Below are positions 22,862-31,291 of a DNA stretch of 50,475 bases, one piece after another; position 1 is the stretch's first letter, and the number at the start of each line of letters is the position of its first letter. The DNA lies in the NCBI GenBank assembly GCA_039182715.1, contig JBCDBY010000001.1:1-50475 (forward strand), read 5' to 3'. Under the pieces are notes generated by a model. The model saw only the letters and a list, made by a program, of their open reading frames with translations, searched no databases and had not been told where the DNA came from. This DNA comes from Planctomycetota bacterium. Its GTDB lineage: Bacteria; Planctomycetota; PLA2. Both the position numbers and the translations under genes were made by a program.

Positions 22862-25390
22862 TCAGGGCTCCCGGCGGATGCGATAGGTGTGATGGGACGC
22901 GGGCTCGACGTCTTCCTCGAGTCGCTCGTCGATCTCGAAGCTCATCGAAGCGGCTCGCTCGCCTCCGAGTTCGAAGGGGATCTCGACGACCGGCGGGAGG
23001 TCGGGACTGTCATCGAGTTCGAGCCGCAGCGTGGACGTACCCGCGCCGGTCGCCCGTAATACACCGGCGAGCGGGGCCGGAACCGTGGCGGAGGCGAACA
23101 CGACGCCCCGCGGGGCGTCGATGCGAACCACGCCGCGCGTGCCGACCGGGAGCGCGGTGAGACGAACCGAGTCGCCGACGATGCGGATGCGCGCGGGCAC
23201 GACCTGGACCGGCACGAGCAGGTCCGGCAGCCCTTCCGTTGCGACGCGCACCGTCGTGGATCCGAGCGCGTGCCCACGGACGGGAAGGCCCCACAGCAGA
23301 GTGCCCGCGGCGACGCGCGCCGTGCCGCCGCAACCGATCGTCGCAGCGGACACGCCCGACTGCGGATCGGGCAAGCAGGTCACTTCGACGTCGCGATCGC
23401 CCCGCTCGGGCCAGAGAAGTTCGAACGCGATCGGCGCCTCGGCGCCCAGCGGCACGCGGATGGGCAGCGGCGCACGCCACGCCTGCGTGCGACCCACGAC
23501 ATCGACGACGACCTGCTCGTCGCCCGACGTGAGTCGTAGCCTCGCGCCGGCTTCGACATCGCCCAACGGCATCGGGATGGCGACGAACTCCTCCCCCGCC
23601 GGAATGACGATCTCACGCGGGGGATCGATCAGGAGGCCGCCCGGATCCTCGACCGCGACCGCGATGACGGTGGGTTCCGTCTCGAATCCGTCGAAGCCGG
23701 TGCGCCCCACGATGAGGTCGGGAGCGCGGCGGCCGCGGAGACCGAAGATGGTTGCGCCCGCGCCGGGCAGCGACGGCTCACCGTCCGCGGAGACGCGAAG
23801 ACGCGGCGCCGTCGATTCCGCCGTGGAGGTGATCGGCGCGCGCACCGAGCCTTCGCGACCGGTGAGCTCGCCCGCTGCGTCGAGCAGGTGCACCGTCACG
23901 ACCAGCTCCTCCCCGGACTCGGCGATCAGCGAGCCGCCCGCCACCTGCTCGCCCTCGCGAAACGTCAGCACGGAGTCGAACGGGTGGCGCACCGCCCCTT
24001 CCGGCTCGATGCGAAGGGCGAAGTCGAGATCGCGCGGCGCCGGCTCGGTGAGCGCGAGGACGAGCGTGCCATCGACGGCACCCGGTTCCCCGCGACGCCC
24101 GTACGGCGGGGTGAGCTCGATCTCGATACCGAGCTTCCGGAGCTCCGCATCGGTGTCGATCAACACGTAGCCGCGCTTGCGCGGCGTACCGGACACCGGT
24201 CCCTTGCGCTTGCCCTCCTTGGCCTTCTTCTTCTCCGCTTCGGGGTCCCCGTCGCCGACATCCTCCGCGCCGCCATCCTCGCCGGGCGTATCCGGCCCGC
24301 GCGGCTTATCGGACGGCGTGGTCGGTCCGCCCGGATCGTCGTCGTCACCGCCGCCGGGATCCCCGACCTCGGCGCGCTTCCAGACGCGCAGGATGTTCTC
24401 GACCAGGAACTTGTCGAGGGTCACGATGGTCAATCCGCTCGAATCCGAGTCGGCGTCGCCTCGCGCCGTGAGGACGACCGAGCCGGCCGAGCTGACCTGG
24501 TACTCGGCCGAGAGCGGTGTCTTGCCGGAGACCGTGTCGGTGACCGCCGGCGCGGTCTCGCTGTCGGCGAAGCTGCCCGCCTCGGCCAACCGTCGCGTGC
24601 GCGTGTAGGCGACCTTGTGCTCGGATTCGGAAGCCACCGTTCCCTCGACCTCCGAGGCCGTGCCGGCCTCCCGGGTCGACACGCTCGCCGCCGTACGACC
24701 GCGAATCGTCACGCTCCCGCGCCGGATCTCTTCGAATCCTTCGGACTCCGAGGTCGACTCCGCGCGCGTGTCGGCGACGGCGAATCGATGCGACCCGCCC
24801 TTCATGTCCACGCAGGTGCCCGTCAGCATGACGGTCGCCTCGAGGATGCGACCGCCCGACACCGTATAGGCGCACTCGAAGCCGATTCGATTCTCCGCAT
24901 CGATCGTGCCGCGCTTGCCCTCCGCCTCCGTGATCTCGACTTCCACCTCGTTCCCGCCCCACGCCTTGCTCGCGACGCGGGTCGTGTGCTTGGGATTGCC
25001 ATCGTGGCAACGCCCCTTGGCGCGCAACGTGGCGCCCGCGGTGATCCAGTGGATGTAATCGGTCTTCGCCCACTTGAGGCGGTCGCACTGCTCGTTGCCA
25101 TGCGTCAGCTCGTAGTGGTTCGTGCCGTTGAAGGCGATCGGCTGGTTGTCGGGGGCCGTCTCGGTGTCGTCGAGGAACTCCTCCGAGGGGTCGTCGTTGA
25201 CCACCGGGTGGCGCGTGGCCGCGCGGGCCGTGCCGCGCACGCGCTCTCCTCTCGAGTTGGTGGCGGCGCCGGACTCCGCATCGGCGGGCTTCGCCCCCAC
25301 CGCGATGGATACGGCAGCCAGAACCGGCAGGGCCGCGAGCCGGGCGACGCGAACAGCGCGTCGTGTGAGTAGTCGGATGTGTCGATGCAA
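22862..25390 (-). CDS. Large secreted hypothetical protein (X2): Cys-containing N-domain, Ser/Thr/Glu-rich strands, charged linker, Ig-like C-terminal repeats
   Basis: TTG start at 25390 preceded by AAAGGAG (6-nt spacer). Signal peptide (M)HRHIRLLTRRAVRVARLAALPVLAAVSIAVGAKPADA. Linker GDPGGGDDDDPGGPTTPSDKPRGPDTPGEDGGAEDVGDGDPEAEKKKAKEGKRKG. The C-terminal GSTTVRVATEGLPDLLVPVQVVP is Big_2-like. The track ORF start at 25591 is unlikely. Confidence 0.65.
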   Translation of the reverse strand: MHRHIRLLTRRAVRVARLAALPVLAAVSIAVGAKPADAESGAATNSRGERVRGTARAATRHPVVNDDPSEEFLDDTETAPDNQPIAFNGTNHYELTHGNEQCDRLKWAKTDYIHWITAGATLRAKGRCHDGNPKHTTRVASKAWGGNEVEVEITEAEGKRGTIDAENRIGFECAYTVSGGRILEATVMLTGTCVDMKGGSHRFAVADTRAESTSESEGFEEIRRGSVTIRGRTAASVSTREAGTASEVEGTVASESEHKVAYTRTRRLAEAGSFADSETAPAVTDTVSGKTPLSAEYQVSSAGSVVLTARGDADSDSSGLTIVTLDKFLVENILRVWKRAEVGDPGGGDDDDPGGPTTPSDKPRGPDTPGEDGGAEDVGDGDPEAEKKKAKEGKRKGPVSGTPRKRGYVLIDTDAELRKLGIEIELTPPYGRRGEPGAVDGTLVLALTEPAPRDLDFALRIEPEGAVRHPFDSVLTFREGEQVAGGSLIAESGEELVVTVHLLDAAGELTGREGSVRAPITSTAESTAPRLRVSADGEPSLPGAGATIFGLRGRRAPDLIVGRTGFDGFETEPTVIAVAVEDPGGLLIDPPREIVIPAGEEFVAIPMPLGDVEAGARLRLTSGDEQVVVDVVGRTQAWRAPLPIRVPLGAEAPIAFELLWPERGDRDVEVTCLPDPQSGVSAATIGCGGTARVAAGTLLWGLPVRGHALGSTTVRVATEGLPDLLVPVQVVPARIRIVGDSVRLTALPVGTRGVVRIDAPRGVVFASATVPAPLAGVLRATGAGTSTLRLELDDSPDLPPVVEIPFELGGERAASMSFEIDERLEEDVEPASHHTYRIRREP

Positions 25391-25436
25391 TGGGTACTCC
25401 TTTCGGAACAGGTAGATGCGAGAGGGCCTCGCCGAC

Positions 25437-25967
25437 TCAACCGGCACTCGATACGACCACGCGCACGAGTCGTGCCAGCAACTCCGGATCGTCGATCCGT
25501 GCCGCGCGTAGCCGACGCTCGACCTCGCCGCGGACTTCCGCGTGCGCGGCGCGCGCATCGGTCGACTCGTGCCGCAGACGCCGGGCCGCATCGCCCAGCG
25601 CGGCGCAGCAGTGCGCCAGGGCGTCGTAGATCGCCTCGCGCTGCGCGCGGTCGAGTTCCGGCGGCGCCGGCATGTGCGCGAAGTACTTCACGAGCCGTCG
25701 CTGCGAAACCGGCTCGCCGGCCGCGGGCGTCCCGGCACGGGAGGCGCCGTGAAGCTCCTGCCCAATCGCGCCATCGGTGGCGCGCAAGACGACCGGGCGC
25801 GGCGCAGGAAGCGGCGCAGGAAGCGGCGCAGGCAGCGCCGCCGGCAGCATGGCGGTACGCGCGGTCGCCCGCAGCACGCGCTCTCCGGAGTGCGCGCTCG
25901 CGCCCACCATCACGAGGTGCACGATCAGGATCAACAGGTTGAGCATCAGTGTGGTCTTCGTCGGCAT
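25437..25967 (-). CDS. Small membrane-anchored hypothetical protein (X1) with LPAP repeats and an LTXXQ-like C-terminal helix
   Basis: ATG at 25967 preceded by GGAGG (5-nt spacer). MPTKTTLMLNLLILIVHLVMVGASA anchor, then LPAALPAPLPAPLPAP, then PELDRAQREAIYDAL. Confidence 0.55.
   Translation of the reverse strand: MPTKTTLMLNLLILIVHLVMVGASAHSGERVLRATARTAMLPAALPAPLPAPLPAPRPVVLRATDGAIGQELHGASRAGTPAAGEPVSQRRLVKYFAHMPAPPELDRAQREAIYDALAHCCAALGDAARRLRHESTDARAAHAEVRGEVERRLRAARIDDPELLARLVRVVVSSAG
25801..25848. repeat. 12-nt tandem repeat (about 3-4 units) encoding (LPAP)n in X1
   Basis: ggcgcaggaagc ggcgcaggaagc ggcgcaggcagc gccgccggcagc. The repeat is in frame (multiple of 3). Confidence 0.8.
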
Positions 25968-26076
25968 GAAACCTCCTCGCCGCGGCGGGCGCGGACCGTC
26001 CGCAAAACCACGCCGCACCTATACCGACGGAAGGCGGTTGCAAAAAATGGTTGGCGCGATGGCACAATGGGCCGAG

Positions 26077-27150
26077 ATGCGGGCGTGCATGCTGCTTTTG
26101 CTGGCCGGATCCGCCTTCGCGGAACCGCTTTCCAACGCGAAGTTCGCGCTCGTGCCGTGGCGTTGGCCGGGCGCGAAGAACGAGCTCTACGTCCTGCGCA
26201 CGCAAACGCCGCCGCGGCAGCTGAGCGAAGCGCTGGTGAAAGCCGGCATCGACGAACGCGCGATGGCGCTGCTGCTGGCAACCCCGGAGGGTCCGCGCCT
26301 CGCCGCGCGCTACACGCACCGCTTGCCGACGGCGCTGCGCGATGTCGACGCGCGCCAGAAAGCGCTGCTGACGATGCTCGCGGCGAGTGTCGACGGCGCA
26401 CAGCTCACGCTCCACCATGCGCGCGCCGCCGCGGACACCGAACAGCGTCGCAAGATCGACCAGCGCATCCTCGAACTCGAGCGCCGCTTCTGGCTGCTCG
26501 TCACCCACACGCTCCGCCCGGCGCAGCGCGCGGCGCTCAAGCTGCTGCTGCCGGAAACGCACGTCCATCCGCCCAACGGCATCGGCCATCTCTTCCTGCT
26601 CCCGGGGCTGACCGCCAGCCAGGCAACGCGCTCGATCGCGTTGCTCACGGAGTTCGAATCGGACACGGCGCCCGACGTGGCCGCGGCGCAGCGACACCGC
26701 AAGAAGGGTGAGCACGGGCAGGCGCTGCCGTACGACCGGCGCGTGCAGGATCGCTACCGGTTGCTCTTCGACGACTTCCGCGAGGTACTGACGGAGGCGC
26801 AGTGGATCGAGGTACGCGGCCTCATGCCGTTCGTCACGCCCGAGGCACGCAAGCAGGGACTACCCGGCATCGCGAGTATGCCCGGCGTGCGTGCGGAGCA
26901 GCGCCGCCGTCTCGAAACGATGCGCAAGGAGCTGGAGGCGCTGGCGCGCAAGCACAACGCCGAAGCGCACGCCCAGCGCCAGAAACTGGAGAAGGACGTC
27001 GGCCCCGACTCCGCCATGGCGATGATGACGACGATGACCCAGCCCGCCGCCGACGCCAAGACCACCGCCGCCCTCGCCCAGGCCGCCCACGAAGCCATCG
27101 TGGAGATCCTGGACCCGGAGCAAGTCGTGCTCTGGCTCCTGCGCCCGTAG
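26077..27150 (+). CDS. Secreted alpha-helical protein with six LTXXQ-like motifs (Spy/CpxP/ZraP-like repeats) (X0)
   Basis: Signal peptide MRACMLLLLAGSAFAEP. Motifs VDARQ, LRPAQ, LTASQ, LTEAQ, VRAEQ, LDPEQ. CACAAT (26063-26068) lies 8 nt upstream of ATG 26077. Alternative ATGs at 26047 and 26059. The track ORF start at 25777 overlaps X1 and is rejected. Confidence 0.6.
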   Translation: MRACMLLLLAGSAFAEPLSNAKFALVPWRWPGAKNELYVLRTQTPPRQLSEALVKAGIDERAMALLLATPEGPRLAARYTHRLPTALRDVDARQKALLTMLAASVDGAQLTLHHARAAADTEQRRKIDQRILELERRFWLLVTHTLRPAQRAALKLLLPETHVHPPNGIGHLFLLPGLTASQATRSIALLTEFESDTAPDVAAAQRHRKKGEHGQALPYDRRVQDRYRLLFDDFREVLTEAQWIEVRGLMPFVTPEARKQGLPGIASMPGVRAEQRRRLETMRKELEALARKHNAEAHAQRQKLEKDVGPDSAMAMMTTMTQPAADAKTTAALAQAAHEAIVEILDPEQVVLWLLRP

Positions 27151-27182
27151 CCCCCGGCCCCCGGCCCCCGGCCCCCGGCCCC
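27151..27182. repeat. Heptanucleotide tandem repeat (CCCCCGG)x4 + CCCC; five G-tracts on the minus strand (G-quadruplex / i-motif candidate)
   Basis: cccccggcccccggcccccggcccccggcccc starts immediately after the TAG stop of X0 and ends 50 nt upstream of the VIT-vWA ATG (27233). Confidence 0.85.
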
Positions 27183-27232
27183 ATTTACCCCGTCGTTACG
27201 GCACGCACGCCGCGCTCTCGTACACAAGAGGT

Positions 27233-29497
27233 ATGAGACCGCTCGCGCTCGTCCTCCTCCTCGTGGCTCCGGCGTTCGCCCAGGAGCACCGGCAGCCCAC
27301 TCACTTCATCGTTCCGCAGTCGCGCTCGTTCCGCTGGCAGCCCACGACCGGCCAGGTGAAGGTCACGCGCGTCGACGCCACGGTGCGCATTCTCGAAGGC
27401 ACCGCCACGACGCGCCTGCTCATCACGCTCGACAACCCGGGTCGCGCGCAGGCCGAGGCGGTGCTGCTGCTGCCGGTGCCGGACGGCGCCGCCGTGCACT
27501 CCTTCGACTTTCTCGGCAAGGCGTCCGAGCCGACGGCCCAGCTGCTCTCCAAGGAGGAGGCGCGCCGCATCTACGACTCCATCGTGCGCCGTTCGCGCGA
27601 CCCGGCGCTGCTCGAGTTCGCCGGCTACAACGTCGTGCGCACGAGCGTCTTCCCGGTTCCGGCCGGCGGCCGCCAGCAGGTCACGCTGACCTACAACCAC
27701 ATCCTCCCGACCGACCTGCACCGGCTCGACTACGTCCTGCCGCGCAGCGAATCGATCGATGTCCACACCCCGTGGCACATCACCGTCGACATCCAGTCGA
27801 AGGATCCGATCGCGACGGTCTACTCTCCCAGCCACGACCTGCGCATCCAGCGCCGCAAGCCGACCCACGTAACCGTCCACGTGACCGAGCAGGCGCGCCT
27901 GCAGCCGGGCGCGTTCCGGCTTTCCACGCTGCTGCAGCGCAACGGCGTCGCGGCCTCGCTCTTCGCCTATCCCGACCCGTCCATCGGCGGCGGCTACTTC
28001 CTGCTGCTCGCCGGCGTGCCCACGCGCATCTCGCAGGACGCCAACCGACTCAAGCGCGAGATCACGCTGGTCATCGATCGCTCCGGCTCGATGGCGGGCG
28101 GCGCGCTCGACCAGGTCAAGGCGGCGGCCAAGCAGGTCATCGAGGGCCTCGAGCCGGGCGAGACGTTCAACATCATCGACTACTCGACGGTCGTCGCGTC
28201 GTTCTCGCCGCAGCCGGTGCCCGCGAACCAGGAGCAGCGACTCAAGGCGCGCGCCTATCTCGACGGCCTCGCGCCGGTCGGCGGCACCAACATCCACGAC
28301 GCACTTGTCGAGGCGCTACGGCAGCCGCCCAGCGCCGGCCGCCTGCCGATCGTCCTGTTTTTGACCGATGGCCTGCCCACGATCGGCCGCACGTCCGAAC
28401 TCGCCATCCGCGAACTCGTCGAAAAGGCCAACCCCCACCGACGCCGCGTCTTCACGGTCGGCGTCGGCAACGACGTGAACGTGCCCTTGCTGGACCGCAT
28501 TGCCGAACTCTCCCGCGCCCTGCCGACCTACATCCCGCCGGGCGCCAGCGTCGAGCTGAAGATCGCGCAGGTCTTCCGCCGGCTCTACGGCCCGGTGCTC
28601 GCCGGTCCGCGCCTCGCCACGTTCGACGCGAGCGGCCAGCCGACCGTGCGCCGCATCCGCGAACAGATCCCGCAGCAGCTCGGCGACCTCTTCGAGGGCG
28701 ACCAGCTCGTGGTGCTCGGCCAGTACAAGGGCGAAGAGCCGCTGCGGTTCTTACTCTCGGGGCAGTACCTCAACCAGCCGAAGGACTTCCGCTTCGAGTT
28801 TTCACTCGGCAAGGCGACGACGCGCAACGCGTTCGTGCCGCGCCTCTGGGCGACGCGCCGCATTGCCTACCTGGTCGACTCCATTCGCCAAGCCGCCGCG
28901 GCCGCCGACGGACGCCCGGCGCAGGTCGGGCAGAACATCTTCCACGACCCGCGCTACAAGGAAGTCGCCGACGAGATCCTGCGGCTCTCCGCGCGCTTCG
29001 GCGTGCTCAGCGAGTACACCGCGTTCCTCGCCCGCGAAGGGACCGACCTGCAGAGCTGGGACCGGCTCTACGTCGCCTGCACCGACTCCATCAATGGCCG
29101 CGCCGTCAAGACACGCTGGGGCGCCGGCGCCGTGGCGCAGGGCAAGAACTTCGAGTCGATGAAGAAGCAGCAGCGGCTCAACTACCGCAACGGCTTCCTC
29201 AACGACCGCCTGCAGCGCGTCGAGGTCACCGGCGTCCAGCAGGTCGCCTCGCTCTGCCTCTTCCAGCGCGGCAACGTCTGGATCGACGGCCGTCTGGTCG
29301 CCGGCAAGAAGAAGCAGGAACCGTCGCGCCGCATCGCGTACGGCACCGCCGACTATCACGCCCTGCTCACCAAGCTCGTCGCGAACGGGCAGCAGGGCCT
29401 CATCGCCCGCAAGGGCGAGATCATTCTCGAATACGACGGCCAGACCGTGCTGGTCGACAACAACATCTCGGAAGGGAAGACCGATGAAGACAAGTAG
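27233..29497 (+). CDS. Secreted VIT domain + von Willebrand factor type A domain protein
   Basis: Signal peptide MRPLALVLLLVAPAFAQE. VIT-like VKVTRVDATVRILEGTATTRLLITLDNPGRAQAEAVLLLPVPDGAAVHSFDF. MIDAS LVIDRSGSMAG. Confidence 0.85.
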   Translation: MRPLALVLLLVAPAFAQEHRQPTHFIVPQSRSFRWQPTTGQVKVTRVDATVRILEGTATTRLLITLDNPGRAQAEAVLLLPVPDGAAVHSFDFLGKASEPTAQLLSKEEARRIYDSIVRRSRDPALLEFAGYNVVRTSVFPVPAGGRQQVTLTYNHILPTDLHRLDYVLPRSESIDVHTPWHITVDIQSKDPIATVYSPSHDLRIQRRKPTHVTVHVTEQARLQPGAFRLSTLLQRNGVAASLFAYPDPSIGGGYFLLLAGVPTRISQDANRLKREITLVIDRSGSMAGGALDQVKAAAKQVIEGLEPGETFNIIDYSTVVASFSPQPVPANQEQRLKARAYLDGLAPVGGTNIHDALVEALRQPPSAGRLPIVLFLTDGLPTIGRTSELAIRELVEKANPHRRRVFTVGVGNDVNVPLLDRIAELSRALPTYIPPGASVELKIAQVFRRLYGPVLAGPRLATFDASGQPTVRRIREQIPQQLGDLFEGDQLVVLGQYKGEEPLRFLLSGQYLNQPKDFRFEFSLGKATTRNAFVPRLWATRRIAYLVDSIRQAAAAADGRPAQVGQNIFHDPRYKEVADEILRLSARFGVLSEYTAFLAREGTDLQSWDRLYVACTDSINGRAVKTRWGAGAVAQGKNFESMKKQQRLNYRNGFLNDRLQRVEVTGVQQVASLCLFQRGNVWIDGRLVAGKKKQEPSRRIAYGTADYHALLTKLVANGQQGLIARKGEIILEYDGQTVLVDNNISEGKTDEDK

Positions 29498-30617
29498 CCT
29501 CCTCCTCGCGGCCCTGCTGTTCTTTTCCGCGCGCGCCGACGCGTGCGGCGACTACGCCAACCTCGAGCAGCGCAAGACGATCGACGTCGCCATCTGCCTC
29601 GACGTGTCGGGCAGCATGTCCGGCCTGATCAACTCCGCCCGCGCCAAGCTCTGGGCGATCGTCAACGACCTCGCGCTCGCCAAGCCGACCCCGCGCCTGC
29701 GGGTTGCGCTGCTCACCTTCGGCCACTCCAGCTACCGCGCCGAGGACGGCTGGGTGCGTGTCGACGTCGACCTGACCGAAGACCTCGACCTGATCTCGCA
29801 GAAGCTCTTTGCGCTGACGACCAACGGCGGGACGGAGCTGGTCGGCCGCGTCATGCAGGCGTCGCTCGACAAGCTGTCGTGGACCAAGTCCAAGAGCACG
29901 CTCAAGCTCATCATCGTGGCGGGCAACGAGTCGGCCGACCAGGACAAGACGGTCGACTACCGTCTCATGAGCAAGCGCGCGATCGAAAGCGGCATCATGG
30001 TCAACGCGATCTACTGCGGCAACCCGGCCGATGACATCGCGCCGGGCTGGAAGGACGTTTCGCTGCGCGCGGACGGACACTTCGCCTGCATCGACCAGAA
30101 CCGCGGCACCGTCACCATCGCGACCCCGTTCGACAAGCGCATCGCCGAGCTCTCGACCGCGATGAACGCCACCTACATCCCGCTCGGCTCGGCCGGCAAG
30201 AAGGGCGCTGCGAACCAGAAGGTCCAGGACCGTAACGCGGCGGAGCTGGGCATGGCCATCGAGGCGGCGCGCGCGCAGTCGAAGAGCACCGCGCTCTACC
30301 GCTGCACCTGGTGCCTGGTCGATTCCTACCTCGACAAGAGCGTCGACCTGACCAAGATCAAGCAGGAGGATCTTCCCGAGGCGCTGCGCGGCAAGAGCAT
30401 CGAGGAACTTCGCACGCACATCGAGCAGACGCACAAGGAGCGGCAGGCGTACCGCAAGCAGATCGCCGAGCTGAACAGCAAGCGCGCCGCGTTCGTCGCC
30501 GCCGAGGCGAAGAAGAAGAACCTGAGCGACGACCAGGCGTTCGACAAGGCGGTCCGCGCAGCCATTCGCGCGCAGGCGGCGCAGAAGGGGTACGCTTTCC
30601 AGGAGGCCGCCAAGTGA
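29484..30617 (+). CDS. Secreted vWA domain protein with C-terminal coiled coil
   Basis: Signal peptide MKTSSLLLAALLFFSARADA. MIDAS AICLDVSGSMSG. C-terminal EELRTHIEQTHKERQAYRKQIAELNSKRAAFVAAEAKKK. Overlaps the VIT-vWA gene by 14 nt. Confidence 0.8.
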   Translation: MKTSSLLLAALLFFSARADACGDYANLEQRKTIDVAICLDVSGSMSGLINSARAKLWAIVNDLALAKPTPRLRVALLTFGHSSYRAEDGWVRVDVDLTEDLDLISQKLFALTTNGGTELVGRVMQASLDKLSWTKSKSTLKLIIVAGNESADQDKTVDYRLMSKRAIESGIMVNAIYCGNPADDIAPGWKDVSLRADGHFACIDQNRGTVTIATPFDKRIAELSTAMNATYIPLGSAGKKGAANQKVQDRNAAELGMAIEAARAQSKSTALYRCTWCLVDSYLDKSVDLTKIKQEDLPEALRGKSIEELRTHIEQTHKERQAYRKQIAELNSKRAAFVAAEAKKKNLSDDQAFDKAVRAAIRAQAAQKGYAFQEAAK

Positions 30618-31291
30618 CCCGACGCACCGTACTCGTGATCGAGGATGACCCCGCCATCCGGCGCGGCATCCTCGACACGCTGTCGGCGGGCGGCTACCTC
30701 ACCCTGGAGGAGACCGACGGCGAGGCGGGCCTGCAGACCGCGCTCGCGGCCGAGTACGACCTGCTGCTGCTCGACATCATGCTGCCGCGGCGCGACGGCT
30801 ACGAACTGCTCGAGACGCTGCGCCGCAGCCGGCCCGGCGTGCCGGTCATCATGCTCACCGCGCGCGGCGATGAGAACGACCGCGTGCGCGGGCTGAAGGC
30901 CGGCGCGGACGACTACGTCGTGAAGCCGTTCTCGGCGCTCGAACTGCTCGCGCGGGTCGAAGCGGTGCTGCGCCGCAGCGCCGAACGCTGCGACGTGCAC
31001 GGCGCGATCCAGATCGAGGGGCGCACGGTCGATCTGGAGCAGCAGCGCATCACCTTCGCGAACGGCGAGAGCTGCGACATCTCCCGCAAGGAGACGGAGC
31101 TGCTGCAATACCTCGCCGGAAGCCGCGACCGGCCGGTCGGCCGCGACGAGCTGCTCCAGCACGTCTGGGGCCTCGACCCGCGCGGCGTCGAAACGCGCAC
31201 CATCGACATGCACATCGCGCGGCTGCGCGAGAAGCTGGGCGACGCCACGCTGATTCGCACCGTGCGCGGGAAGGGCTATCAACTCGCGTGA
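30614..31291 (+). CDS. OmpR/PhoB-family response regulator
   Basis: REC domain (VLVIEDDP, DLLLLDIMLP, VVKPF) plus winged helix (ETRTIDMHIARLREKL, TVRGKGYQL). Its GTG overlaps the vWA gene's TGA (GTGA). It is the tail of track ORF 30311..31291. Confidence 0.9.
   Translation: MTRRTVLVIEDDPAIRRGILDTLSAGGYLTLEETDGEAGLQTALAAEYDLLLLDIMLPRRDGYELLETLRRSRPGVPVIMLTARGDENDRVRGLKAGADDYVVKPFSALELLARVEAVLRRSAERCDVHGAIQIEGRTVDLEQQRITFANGESCDISRKETELLQYLAGSRDRPVGRDELLQHVWGLDPRGVETRTIDMHIARLREKLGDATLIRTVRGKGYQLA

Noticed and set aside
26038-26068. TTGCAA ... CACAAT as a full sigma70 promoter for X0.
   Set aside because: The spacing between the hexamers is 19 nt, which is outside the optimum. I keep only the -10-like element as part of the leaderless pattern and do not annotate a complete promoter.
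27151-27182. Short tandem repeats (here and at 25801..25848) as a possible CRISPR array.
   Set aside because: The units are 7 and 12 nt with no spacers, far below CRISPR repeat/spacer dimensions. No cas genes are present; the Cas4-like nuclease is 12 kb away and lacks cas1/cas2.
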